DNA of 64,000 nt from contig NW_027361754.1 in assembly GCF_039654945.1 (NCBI RefSeq), positions 52,576,001-52,640,000 of the forward strand. The letters are read 5' to 3'. The notes beneath the pieces were generated by a model. It made no database searches, was not told the origin of the DNA, and saw only the letters and a list, made by a program, of their open reading frames with translations. This DNA comes from Dendrobates tinctorius. Lineage: Eukaryota. Of the stretch, positions 36,172 through 49,634 are shown piece by piece (the first letter of the stretch is position 1; every line of letters begins with the position of its first letter). Position numbers and translations under genes: made by a program.

Positions 36172-39100
36172 ATACACATCTCCAGATTTAAAATCCTAAA
36201 ATTGTGTTGTTGGTTTTTTGTGGGTATGTTGACCTGAGAGTAAAGGTAAGAAAGGACATATCTGTACTTTGTAAATGCAGTTCCTTTGCATCCAGTCTGC
36301 CCTTGTATTAAATGTATGGCCATTCATTCATAAGACCATGTAATTATACATTTGCAAGCCTTGGTTCTGCAGTCAAAATGTCTGTCCAGAAGTAGATATC
36401 GGATGGTTAGAAAATGATTGTCTTCATTAGCTGGCCCTTTTAACTGGTCTTTTGGCAACCGCATTGCCACATGCCACTTGTCCACTATTTATACTTCTCC
36501 ATACATACTATAGTATATAGGCAGTATTAGTTAGGTATTACAAAACCAACTGTGGTTGGCCTATTGGAAAAACTCCTTCAACACTTTTACCTTCTAAGCT
36601 ATATATGTAAGGCTTTACTCTGTCTGACACATCTCTGATAGACAGATATACATTTTTGCGCTTTTTCATGATCATGTCTTAGATTTAGCTCATAATAGGG
36701 CTTTCACAGACAGGTTTTGCACAAGCTGCTCCATCTAGGAGGTCACAGAGGACCTTATATAAGGATTTTTGGACTTATTCAGGGCCCACTGGTTTGTGTC
36801 CAAGGAGTGGCTCTGGGATCATTGAGTGAGTCGGCAGAGAATTGGAGGAATGTTGGATCTGAAACTGAAGGTCAAAGTCAGTAACAAAATCAAGAGACTG
36901 TCCGGTAGTCAAAAAACAAGTAGAGATCAGGGATGGGAATCAACAGACTGAATCGGAGGATAGAAGCAGGAAGGAGCCAATGTAAGTATAATCTATTACT
37001 GGCATTTAGAAACAAACCACTGGGGGGAATAAATAGGGAGGAGCTCTGACCATGGATCCCAGCAGATAGCTACAGTATTTATATTCATAACCAGCTCACT
37101 CACAACTGTAAAATGCAGATGAACTGGAAGAGGGACAACAAGTCTTAGCTATCTGAAAACTAATAGAAAACTTGCTATTGTTTCCCAATACTACTAGTAG
37201 TATTAGTGGCCGGAGCGTTTTCAGATATGGGTGTTACATAGTCAAGCTTGTCTTCACATAGTAGAAGGGTGGTGCTGATGTCTCCCATTTAGTAACTGTC
37301 AGGGAGAATGAAGAGAGAAGGGGTGGATCCTCTGTGTGACCTGGTGACCAACAGGAATAAGCCAGAGAAGAGTCAATGTGGCCGAAAATGGTGGAAGTTA
37401 TATGGCGACAAGCCAGCATCCCAACTAGGAATGTGAATAAATAAAATCTATCTAAAGTAATGCTAATAACTCTCTATATATAGTGTGTATGATTGTAAGG
37501 CATTCAAATGTCTGACATTAATTTGCTAGCGTGTATAACTGGCCCAACAATCCGTCCTTCTTACTGATTTGCATGTGGATATTACATACTTTAACACCCC
37601 CTTGCAAACTGTTTTCTCTTCCTCCTCCACACCCACCTGCCACATTGTTCACTATATTGTCAACGAGCATCTAGAACATAATATCAAAGAAGTACGTAGG
37701 GAAAAATCTGTCCTCTTATTTGATCCAGGAACATTGATATCTGTATAAACAAGGGATTTATAGCCAGGCATCTTGTTATTGGGAGATTGGGAGGGGGACT
37801 TATGGCTAGGACTGGTAGAGAGCAAGACTGGGATGGAACGTGGTAAACAGGAGTGATGCTTTACTTACCGAGAGCAGAAATTCCCCCATAATTTCCGAGC
37901 CCTGTTAATAATTGCAAGTAAGAAGACGTCTTTTTCCTTCTGTCTGTGCTTTTTTATTACAATGACTGGACAGCTAATAACAGGATGTCATGCTAGAAGA
38001 CAAGAACGCAGGAATGCAAACAACAGATTCTCAGAATGTTAACAGCTTTGCAGATTATATGTATGGGAATATAAATGTATTTAGGTCTGGGAGCCTACAC
38101 CAATAATGTGTGCATAGAGTAAATGTCCTCATATTTACAACCTACACACTGCCACGCATCATCATCTCCTTCCAGACAGTCTGTGTTACATCTACCATAA
38201 TATTCGATGAGTTCTTGCATTTTTTGAAACCCGACAGACTTAATCTAAAGGCCCCAGTTTGGACACCAAATTTTTATTATAATAACTTCAAAATCCTGAA
38301 TTGTATTTTTCTTACAATATTTTCTTTCTAGCAATTGGAGTTCAAGTTTTCTCATACAAAGCTCTCAGTCTCCTACATAGGCATGGAGTAAAAGGAAAAT
38401 ACAGTCTAATCTGCAGGTAGCCTGTTATAGAGCAGGAGGAGCTGTGCAGATTGACATATAGTTTTAGAGGAAACTATTTGGTATAACTTGTAATTTATTC
38501 ATTTAAACATTTTCTTCTTCTGGATCTAGGAGTCCAGTGGGCGGTCACTTATAGAGGGAAGGCTGTCCCTTACTGTGTAGGACTGCCCACTGGACTCTTT
38601 AGCTCAGAAAAGAAGACATTTACTACTTATACTGAAACTTTTCTCACAAACGTGCATATCAATCTGTTCACTTCTTTCTGCTCTGTATTTTGATCACATA
38701 TTGGACTGCATTTTTCTACTCTTTCCCATAAACGCCATGCATATGCAGGGGATTGTGAGCTCCAAAGGGTTCTCTTTAAAATTCTAAATCCTAGGTGCCT
38801 CTCCTTACCACTAGAATGGCTTACTCTATACGTGGGATGCACAACCTGTGGCCCAGGGGTCAGGGTTTGGGCCACAAGGCCACTCTGTGCAGATCTCAAC
38901 CATATGGACAGAAAAATGCTTGACTAACAGGTCTGAGCAGCCATACATAAGAGTAGTGTCAAACAACAGAGGAGCATGGATTAGAAAGTACTAATGGTGC
39001 ACTATGTAGGCAACTCTGGATGCCCCATACTTCTGGAGAATGTGGTTACTTAACCTGTTTGGCACTCCAGAAACTAGTATGCGAATTTGACAGGTGGCCT

Positions 39101-39789
39101 TCTGTGTCTGTGGCTCGCTCCACTGTTTGTGGGACTTCTGAATTATTAGGAGGTAAGAAAAAAACCCATGACTTATTGATTGTAGTGAGCCAAATGCATG
39201 CCTGACCTCTTCCTTTATAAGGTCCATTGACACAGTTTTTTTTACAAGGAACTAGTGGATTGCACTGAAAATCTACACAAAAATGCGTATCTGATAATAG
39301 TTTTCCAAGGCAAATGACCTAAAATCAGAGGGTAATATGTTTCATCAGGCTGGTTGTAGCCTAACTAGAAATAAACAGATTATTTTGATACCAGACATCC
39401 AGAGTTCCTCTCTGGTCTGGACACAGGTTCCTGATCTGTTTACATGAGATCAGAGGAAATTTTCCCTTGAGTTATCTCCTGATTAATCCTAGAATGATAT
39501 TCAGTACATTATCAAAATGAATAAACTCACAAAATAAATCCAAATATCTTACATCAGCAAGATGGTACCCACAATTACAAAGCATTTATATGTGAGCACT
39601 AGAGTTGAGCGATACCATCCGATACTTCAAAGTATCGGATCGGAATGGATCGGCCGATCTTAAAAAAAAGTATCGGTATCGCCGATTCCGATACCGGAAG
39701 TCCCATTCAAGTCTATGGGACTTCCGGTATCGGAATAAGAAAAATCCTGTTTTTCCCTTGTACAGCCTCTCTGGGGTCTGTACGGGCCT

Positions 39790-40030
39790 TTCGGGGGGCT
39801 GTGCCGGCCTGCCAGGGGGTCTGTGCAGGCTCCGGTGGTCTGTGCCGGCCTGCCGGGGGGCTGTGCAGGCTCCGGTGGGCTGTGCCGGCCTGCCGGGGGG
39901 CTGTGCCGGCCTGCCGGGGGGCTGTGCCGGCCTGCCGGGGGGCTGTGCAGGCTCCGGGGGGCTGTGCCGGCCTGCCGGGGGGCTGTGCCGGCCTGCCGGG
40001 GGGCTGTGCAGGCTTCGGGGGTCTGTGCAG
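39790..40030. repeat. GC-rich ~21-bp minisatellite, mirrored at 42485-42640
   Basis: Unit gctgtgccggcctgccggggg. Confidence 0.9.
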
Positions 40031-40164
40031 GCATCGTCCGATGGGACTACAAGTCCCATCGGGCGATGCCTGCTACCATGACAGTGATTGACACATTAGC
40101 CAATGATGGGACAGTAGTAGTCCCATCATCCGGCTAATGTGTTGAATGTAAAAAAAAAAAAAAA

Positions 40165-41020
40165 ATTACATGCTACATACATGCTACATACATACAACAT
40201 GCATACTACATACATGCTACATTCATACTACATACTACATACATGCTACATTCATACTACATATATACTACATGCAACATACATACTACATATATACTAC
40301 ATGCATGCAACATGCATACTACATATATACTACATGCAACATACATACTACATATATACTACATGCATGCAACATGCATACTACATATATACTACATGCA
40401 ACATACATACTACATATATACTACATGCATGCAACATGCATACTACATATATACTACATGCTACATACATACTACATATATACTACATACATACTGCATG
40501 CTACATACATACTACATGCTACATACATACCACATACATACTACATACATACTACATGCTACATATATACTACATATATACTACATGCTACATACATACT
40601 ACATATATACTACATGCAACATACATACTACATATATACTACATGCATGCAACATGCATACTACATATATACTACATGCTACATACATACTACATATATG
40701 CTACATACATACTACATACATACTACATGCTACATACATACTACATATATACTACATACATACTACATACATACTACATGCATGCTACATACATACTACA
40801 TGCTACATACATACCACATACATACTACATACATACTACATGCTACATACATACTACATATATACTACATGCATGCTACATACATACTGCATGCTACATG
40901 CATGCTACATGCATGCTACATACATACTACATGCTACATACATACCACATATATACTACATACATACTACATACAATACATTCATACAATACATACATAG
41001 ACATACAGTACATATAACAT
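40165..41020. repeat. Compound (CATA/CTA/CATG) microsatellite, left arm
   Basis: Direct inspection. Confidence 0.95.
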
Positions 41021-41419
41021 AGAGTAACATACTTACCAATACTTGTCACATTGTTCCCCGAAGCCATTGTCTTTTACAGAATAAATATTAACATAACAAA
41101 CCACAAAAATACTCACCCACGATCCGAAGCAGTCCACGCAGCAATGGCATAAAGTGAGACTAGGGACTTTTTTTTTTTAAGTGGCGGAGGAATACAGTGC
41201 GGAAGGATACCTACCTTCCGTCATTGGATTCCTGCAGCCCGTAGAGAACGGCAGCAACAGCTGATGCTGCAGTTCTCTACCCAAGATCGTCGTGGGACAC
41301 ACTCGTGGACTGCTTCGGATCGTGGGTGAGTATTTTTGTGGTTTGTTATGTTAATATTTATTCCGTAAAAGACAATGGCTTTGGGGAACAATGTGACAAG
41401 TATTGGTAAGTATGTTACT

Positions 41420-42317
41420 CTATGTTATATGTACTGTATGTCTATGTATGTATTGTATGAATGTATTGTATGTAGTATGTATGTAGTATATATGTGGTAT
41501 GTATGTAGCATGTAGTATGTATGTAGTATGTATGTAGCATGTAGTATGTATGTAGTATGTATGTAGCATGCATGTAGCATGCAGTATGTATGTAGCATGC
41601 ATGTAGTATATATGTAGTATGTATGTAGCATGTAGTATGTATGTAGTATGTATGTGGTATGTATGTAGCATGTAGTATGTATGTAGCATGCATGTAGTAT
41701 GTATGTAGCATGCATGTAGTATGTATGTAGTATGTATGTAGTATATATGTAGTATGTATGTAGCATGTAGTATGTATGTAGCATGCATGTAGTATATATG
41801 TAGTATGTATGTAGCATGTAGTATGTATGTAGCATGCATGTAGTATATATGTAGTATGTATGTAGCATGTAGTATGTATGTAGCATGCATGTAGTATATA
41901 TGTAGTATGTATGTAGCATGTAGTATGTATGTAGCATGCATGTAGTATGTATGTAGTATGTATGTAGTATGTATGTGGTATGTATGTAGCATGTAGTATG
42001 TATGTAGCATGCATGTAGTATGTATGTAGTATGTATGTAGTATATATGTAGTATGTATGTAGCATGTAGTATGTATGTAGCATGCATGTAGTATATATGT
42101 AGTATGTATGTATGTAGTATGTATGTAGTATATATGTAGCATGTAGTATGTATGTAGCATGCATGTAGTATATATGTGTTATGTATGTAGTATGTATGTA
42201 TATATGTGGCATGTATGTAGTATGTATGTAGTATGTATGTAGTATGTATGTGGTATGTATGTAGTATGTATGTAGCATGTAGTATGTATGTAGCATGCAT
42301 GTAGTATGTATGTAGTA

Positions 42318-42318
<1 letters not shown>
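41420..42318. repeat. Compound (TATG/TAG/CATG) microsatellite, right arm
   Basis: Reverse-complement counterpart of 40165-41020. Confidence 0.95.
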
Positions 42319-42349
<31 letters not shown>

Positions 42350-43284
42350 AACACATTAGCCGGATGATGGGACTACTACTGTCCCATCATTGGCTAATGT
42401 GTCAATCACTGTCATGGTAGCAGGCATCGCCAGATGGGACTTGCAGTCCCATCGGACGATGCTTGCACAGACCCCCGGACATCAGCACAGCCCCCCGGCA
42501 GGCCGGCACAGCCCCCCGGCAGGCCGGTACAGACCCCCACAGGGTGCACAGACCACCGGCAGGCCGGCACAGCCCCCCGGCAGGCCGGTACAGACCCCGG
42601 GCAGTCCACACAGCCCCCCGGCAGGCCGGCAGAGACCCCCGGAAGGCCCGAAATGACGGCGCATCATGATGCGCACACACCGCGCATCATGATGACGTCA
42701 GGCTGTCAATCAACTTTGAACTTCCGATTCCGATGCCGACTTCCGATATTGAAAAAATATCGGAAGTCGGTATCGGAATTCCGATACAGCAAGTATCGGC
42801 CGATACCCGATACTTGCGGTATCGGAATGCTCAACACTAGTGAGCACCAACTACAGATAATTGAGCATTTTTTGCTCTAGAACATTTATGTACCATTTGC
42901 TATATTTATTAATAGATGCTTAGTTTTGCCAGGGTTAGCTTTCCAGTTGGAAAACTTTTGAGGTGCAGTTTAAAAGCACAAAGCGTAATTACTGTACCTC
43001 CAAAACTAAGTGGAAAAAACGTAAACAAATGAACTAGAATATAAGTTGGTATGGCTACTAAACAGACAAAACCCAAAATAAAAACATAATAAGCAAATAT
43101 CCTGCAGTAAATACTGTAAATAAACAGTAATAGTGCATAAAATAATATAGAGTACTTAGTTAACATAATTTTTATCAAAAAAATGCAAAAGCCATCCCAC
43201 CACGTCACAGTGACCCTATGCAGGATAGTCCTAACCGCTAATATTAAAACTATACCATTTGTCAAATGACTTGCATGTGGCTAA

Positions 43285-43694
43285 GGGTCCCGTTACATTT
43301 AGCGATGCACCAGCGATCCCGACAATGATACAACCCAGTCAGGATCGCTGGTGCATCGCTAAATGGTCATTAGTGAGCTGCCAAACTGGCAGATCTCACC
43401 AGCGATGTAGCAGCGGTCAGCGGTCGTTACTTACCTGTCAGATGCGGTGATGAAGACGTCCTCCCGCCCGCGTCCACTCTTCGCTCGTCGGCACCAGCGG
43501 GAAGACCAGCAGGAAGCCGCCAACGAGAAACGGCCCAGGATGTTCTCGCGCGATCAGCAATAACCAGTGGGGGAGCGGTTGGAGGTACAGTAAGTATCAC
43601 ATTTAGCGATATCGCTAGCAATATCGCTGCTGTGTCACAAAATCGGTGACACTTTAGCGATATTGCTAGCGATATCGCTATGTGTGAAACTCCC
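43285..43694. mobile_element. PIF/Harbinger-like MITE
   Basis: TAA-GGGTCCCGTTACATTTAGCGAT at the left end and ATCGCTATGTGTGAAACTCCC-TTA at the right end. Confidence 0.78.
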
Positions 43695-44248
43695 TTATGG
43701 GAGCACTGAGACCTGGTTAGTGGACACACAGCTGTGGGGAACTACATGAGCTAAATGTCCAGCTCAAAGAAAAGAGAGGCAACTCCTTTATTTGCACTGG
43801 GTGAAACAAAGTGTACTTCATGTACATCACTTCACAAATGGTAAGGTTTTAATATTAGAGGTTAGTACCATCCCGAATAGATTCAGCGTGACCTGGTGGG
43901 ATGGCTTTTTCATATTTTTTATCAAAATATTGTTAACTAAGCACCCTATATTACTTTCATGCACTATTGCTCTTTATTTACTACAGGATACTCTCTTATT
44001 ATGTTTTATCTTGGGTGTTGTCCAAAACTTAGTGGCCAAGAGACACCACATAGGCACATTTGATTATAGCGCCTTGCCGTGTTATAGTCGTAACCAGGTG
44101 ATATCGCCAGACTTATCAAACCAGGAGCTGCCTTAATTAACATGTGACATAAAACTTTGAATGGAACACTGAAAACAGTAGCAGAACCCACTGAAGCTCA
44201 GTCTTATGATAATATAAATTATCTTTTCTAAAGTAGTCTGTCCATTAA

Positions 44249-45351
44249 CAACTCAGTGAAAGAACCAATTTTGTACTTAATGACCAAGCCAATTTTTACA
44301 ATTCTGATCGCTGTCACTTTATGAAGTTATAGCTCTGGAACGCTTCAATGTATCCCACTGATTCTGAGATGTACCTAAACAGTGGAAACCCACCCAATTC
44401 CAACTAAAACCATAACACCACCCTAACCCTAATCCCAACCCTAATCACAACCATAACGCCAACACCAATCCTAACCCAACACAACCCTAACCCGAACACC
44501 ACCCTAAACCAACACCACAACCGTAACCCTAACCGTAACCTCAACACAACCCTAACCCCAACACAACCCTAACTCTATCCCCAACCCTAACCCTAGCCCA
44601 GCCCTAGCTCAAACCCCAACCCTATCTCTACAGGCCCAACCCTTGCCCCAACTCTAATCATAGTTCAATCCTAACCCTAGCTCCAACCCTAACTCTAGCC
44701 CAACATTAACTCTAACCCCAACCCTAACCTTAACCCTAGATCTAACCCCAACCCGAACCCTAACTGCAAAGAATAGAAAAAAATGCCTTTTTTATTTTAT
44801 TATTTTTATCTAACTAAGGGGGGGCAACAAAGGGGGGTTTTATTTACTATAATTTTTATTTTGATCACTGTGAAAGGATCTATCACAGTTATCAAAATGA
44901 ACCAATTGGAAAAATCTCCTATTGTTGCCGGCCAACAGATCTCGGTGGACGCACTGTGCATGCGCCCGCCATTTTCTTCCAGGAATATTACACGGAGAAC
45001 CAGGGGATGGAGCCAGAGGGTCCATGGATGCCAGAGGTACTGGAGGGCTTGGAGGACACCATTTCTCTCTCCTCTTGTATGCTAGATCATATCAAGGGAG
45101 AGAGAAATTAATGGGAATTTGGAATTTTTCTTTTGCGGTGAATAATGGTGAACACAAGACCTCAGACGGTGAAACCCAACCCAAATCATGTTCTCTGGGG
45201 TCTCAGCTACCCCCAGTAGCCAAGATCCCAGAGATTTTCTGATGCTGGGGAGCGCTATACACTTATTTCTCAGCGCCGTTAAAAAGCGGCGCTGAGGAAT
45301 AAGTACCCTTTACTGCCGCCATTAAAAGGCGTAATGGCGATCATTAAGGGG
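44249..45351. mobile_element. piggyBac-like non-autonomous element
   Basis: TTAA at 44245-44248 and 45352-45355. The right end is CATTAAGGGG; the left TIR is degenerate. Confidence 0.6.
44400..44765. repeat. Degenerate (CCCTAA)n telomere-like array
   Basis: Repeated aaccct, aacccc and aactct hexamers. Confidence 0.88.
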
Positions 45352-45717
45352 TTAATTGAAATCCCACAATAACTTTCTGCAGGAAACAATAGCTGACAAC
45401 TGGAGCTGCGGTTGGAGTTAGAACAAAATAAACCAATTTACAGTCTGTAAAGTTGATGCTTTACTATAGAAGTGTAGCTCCTTTAGAGACCACCAATATG
45501 TCTTTATACTGACCCGAGATGTAAGAGAACTGCATTCCCTGACAGGTGACAATCCAGCAGCTGTCAGCTATACACTATAACTGACAACCTTCTGCATCAG
45601 CCATGATCACTGTTGGCACTGACAATGGTCATTTAACCCCTTAAATGCTGCTTCCAATAATGACTTTGGCATCTAAATATTTCAGGGTACTTGCCCTTCA
45701 TCAGCACAGACCAAAAC

Positions 45718-45970
45718 AAAGGTCTGTCACCAGGTTTTTGCTATCTCATCTGAGAGCATCATAATGTAGAGAAAGAATACCATGATTCCAGCAATGTATC
45801 ACTTTGTTTACTATGTGCAGAAATTGTGATATAATCAGCGATTTTAGCTGCAGCACGTAGCAAAGCTCAGAAACCTATCCCTGCCCACGCCCCTGATTAG
45901 CAGCTTCTTGTGCACATTCTATATTGACAGTAAGCTGCTAATCAGTGCTGGGGGTGTGATTGGACCAGGA
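45718..45970. mobile_element. Left part of a Kolobok/T2-like MITE that is the Copia target
   Basis: A degenerate AAAGG-CTGTCACCAGG start and an internal hairpin ctgattagcagctt...aagctgctaatcag. Confidence 0.4.
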
Positions 45971-46419
45971 TGTTGGCATATGCAACAGCTGTGGGCTTCT
46001 TTGTTTATGTAAAGGAGGACTTTATGCTAATCTGACAATAGATGGCGATGTTGTGTAAAGTTTCCTTGCTTAATGTATTGCAAGAGAAAAGGTCTCTCTT
46101 GTTTAGTTTCACTTTTGTTTTCCTACTTCCTGATGATGCAGCTTTGCATGACTGTGCATTTTTCCCTTTACCTCATGCTCTGACAAGTAAAAGCTTGTTA
46201 TCCCATGTAATCTGATCTGTGAAGGTTTCTACTGAACTGTGGATATCCAGGAGCTATACAACAAGCTGTGCAACAGGTTATGGGCCCAGGCACAGAGAAT
46301 CCCAGAGACTCACCAAGGACCCCAGACACCCAGGACACCTGAACTCTCAGCAAAGACCCTGGTGACTGCAGAACAATTCTTCAGTACAATTCTCTACAAA
46401 CAAGTAAGACAAATTAAAG

Positions 46420-49400
46420 ATGATGAGTAGCACAGAGCTAAAACTCACAGTAGCTAAGCTGAATAATGAGAACTATCAGTTATGGAAGTTCAAAGTAGAG
46501 ATGTTATTGTCTAAAGATGATTTATGGGAAGTAATTACTACAGATAGACCTGATGAAGATAACCAGACATGGGATAGAAAAAATAGGCAAGCAAAAGCTA
46601 CTATCAGCCTATTACTGGATGATGCTCAATTAATTCACATAAGGAATTGGATACAGCAAAAGGAATTTGAGAGGCACTGAGAAACCTATATGAAAGATCC
46701 AGCTTAAATCAAAAGTTATTTCTGTTAAGAAAGCTATACAGTATGAGACTAAGTGCAGACAATGACATGCAGAAGCACATATTCTCTATTATGATGATAT
46801 CACAGCTGAGATCAATTTTCTGAAGATATTAAGGAAAGCTATGTAGCAGCAATATTATTGTGCAGTTTACTAGATTCATGTACTGCTTTAATAAATGCAC
46901 TAGAGACAAGACCTGAAATAGATATTACATTAGAATTTGTGAAGACCAGGCTCATAGATGAGTATCAAAGAAGAAGGAAAGAACAAACAAATGATTCTTC
47001 TACTGAAAAAGATAATGGAAATGCTCTTAAAGCTACAGAATAAAAAAAAACCTTATAATAAAGAGACAAGAGAATGTTTCAGATGTAAGAAAAAAAGACA
47101 TTTAAAGAAAGACTGTACTATATGGAAAGCAGAACAACAGAAATTACACCATAAGAAGAATACACAGAAGGTGAAAAACACAATTTCTGATTCATGTGAA
47201 AATAATTGGAATGGCTCATTTAAAGTAACTGATAAGAAATCATCATTTGGTTGGTTTATTGACTCAGGAGCAACAAGTCATATGACAAGTAATAACAATT
47301 TTTTTACTGAACTTGATTTAAATAAGAAGGAAGCCATTTATCTTGTAGATGGAAGCAAAATAACTGCAGAAGGTGTTGGACAAGGAATGCTAAACTGTTC
47401 TAACAACTATGGATAAGATTCAAAAATACTTGTACAGGATGTGTTATACGTTCCAGGATTAGAAGGTGGATTGTTATCTGTAAAACGTCTAACAGCTAAA
47501 GGACTTACTGTAAAATTCAAAGATTATGAATGTACAATACTAGCAGGAAATAAGGTAATAATCAATGTCAAGGCAATGTCAAGGCAGATGAAAAATTATA
47601 TCATCTAGACACATTAAAGGAACAGATGAAGTTGTGTACACATGATTACAAGAATTGTATTCACATGTGGCATAGACGTCTAGGACACAGACATCCTGAA
47701 AGTATAATGGAGCTACAAAGGAAAGAATTGACAAAGGATCTATTGATAACTGATTGCTCAATTACCATAAGATGTGAATGTTGTATAAAATCTAAAGCCA
47801 CAAGGATATCTATTCCTAAAGAAGGTGAAATGAAAAGCACAAGACCACTTAATTTGGTGCATACTGACGTATGTGGACCCATGAAAGTGACTACATCAGG
47901 AGGCAATTGATATATGGTGACTTTTATAGATGACTACTCAAGATACACAGTCACATACTTGATCAAGAACAAAAGAGAAGTTTTCAATAAACTAGTAGAC
48001 TTTTCAAAAGCTTTTGATGTGGTGCCACACAAAAGGTTGATACATAAAATGAGAACAATGGGGATAGGGGAAAATATGTGTAAGTGGGTTAAGAGCTGGC
48101 TCAGGGATAAGAAACAAAGGGTGGTTATTAATGAAGCACACTCGGATTGGATCACGGTTAGTAGTGGGGTACCACAGGGGTCAGTATTGGGCCTGCTTCA
48201 TTTTAACATATTTAATAATTACCTTGTAGGTGGCATAGAGAGTACAATTTCAATATTTGCAGATGACACTAAACTCTGCAGGGTAATCAATACAGAGGAA
48301 GACAATTTTATATTACAGGAGGATTTATGTAAACTAGAAGCTTGGGCTGATAAATGGCAAATGAGCTTTATTGGGGATAAATGTAAGGTCATCACTTGGG
48401 TAGAACAAACAAGATGTATAATTATGTGCTTAATTGTAGAACACTGGGCAAAACTGTCACTGAAAAAGATCTGGGTGTATGGGTGGATGACAAACTCACA
48501 TTTAGCGGCCAGTGTCAGGCAGCTGATGCAAAGGCAAATAAAATAATGGGATGCATTAAAAGAGGCATAGATGCTCATGAGGATAAAATAATTTTACCTC
48601 TATATAAGTCACTAGTGCGACCACACTTAGAATACTGTGTACAGTTCTGGTCTCCGGTGTATAAGAAAGACATAGCTGAACTGGAGCGGGTGCAGAGAAG
48701 AGCGACCAAGGTTATTAGAGAGCTGGGGTGTCTGCAATACCAGGACACGTTATTACACCTTGGGTTATTTAGTTTGGAAAATCGAAGGCTTAGGGGTGAT
48801 CTTATTACAATGTATAAATATAAGCGGGGACAGTACAAAGACCCTTCTAATGATCTTTTTACTCTTAGACCTGTGACGAAGAAAAGGGGGCATCCTCTAT
48901 GTCAGGAGGAAAGAAGGTTTAAGCATAATCACAGACGCGGATTTTTTAATGTAAGAGCAGTGAGACTATGAAACTCTCTGCCATATGATGCCTTTCTTGA
49001 AAAGTATAATATTACAGGGTATATACACTAGTTTCCTTGATATTGCGTTGATCCAGGGAGCTAGTCTGACTGCCATATGTGGAGTCGGGAAGGAATTTTT
49101 TTCCTCATTGCGAAGCTTACTGTTTGCCACATGGGTTTTTTTTGCCTTCCTCTGGATCAACATGTTAGGGTAAGTTAGGATAGGATATGGCTTGAACTAG
49201 ATGGACTTAAAGTATTCCTTCAACCTTAATAACTATGTTACTATGTTACTATGTTACATGACAAAGTCGAATAACAAGTTTCAGAGGAAACCAATTGTCA
49301 TAAGAAGTGTTAATGGAGGTTAATTTACAGGACACGAAATAGAAAACTGCTTAAGACAAAATGGTATAGAACATCAAAAGACTGTTCCATATACACCTGA

Positions 49401-49634
49401 ACAAAATGGAGTGGCAGAAAGAAAAAAACAGAACTCTGACTAAAATGATAAGGTGCATGCTAACAGATTCCAAACTATCAGAGAAATATTGGGGTGAAGC
49501 AGCAATGACAGCTACATATCTACAAAACCGACTTTTTTCCAGAAAACATAAAAAACTCCATATGAACTGTGGCAAGGTATGAAACCAAGTGTGAATTATT
49601 TAAGAGTTTTTAGTTGTAAAGTTTTTGTATTCAT
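46420..49634 (+). pseudogene. Decayed Copia gag-protease-integrase, split by a CR1
   Basis: LNNENYQLWKF, CFRCKKKRHLKKDC, WFIDSGATSHM, WHRRLGH, HTDVCGP and FIDDYSRY. After the CR1 it continues with PYTPEQNGVAER and LRVFSCK. Confidence 0.93.
47998..49257 (+). mobile_element. 5'-truncated CR1 LINE inside the Copia integrase
   Basis: DFSKAFD, SGVPQGSVLG, FADDTKL and [11 protein letters not shown] motifs, with a (CTATGTTA)n tail. Confidence 0.95.

Larger units (their letters stand above)
39600..42839. mobile_element. 3.24-kb palindromic non-autonomous hAT element
   Basis: TIRs TAGAGTTGAGC and GCTCAACACTA, perfect 8-bp TSD gtgagcac, internal inverted arms. Confidence 0.95.

Noticed and set aside
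37860-37945. Possible - strand micro-exon (ttattaacAG...ctcgGTAAGT)
   Set aside because: It has only splice-like motifs, with no recognisable peptide or neighbouring exons. RNA-seq would be needed.
40139-42354. Long His/Tyr/Thr-rich ORFs of 246-309 aa
   Set aside because: They are translations of a stop-poor microsatellite, open in all three frames and mirrored on both arms.
45670-45710. Minus-strand CTGATGA-AGGG..CCCT-GAAA hammerhead-like motif
   Set aside because: Stem II forms, but there is no credible stem III or stem I partner. It is probably chance or too decayed to call.
47914-48546. Apparent integrase-RT fusion ORF of 210 aa
   Set aside because: It is a chance in-frame junction between the Copia integrase and an inserted 5'-truncated CR1. 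Both parts are disrupted nearby.
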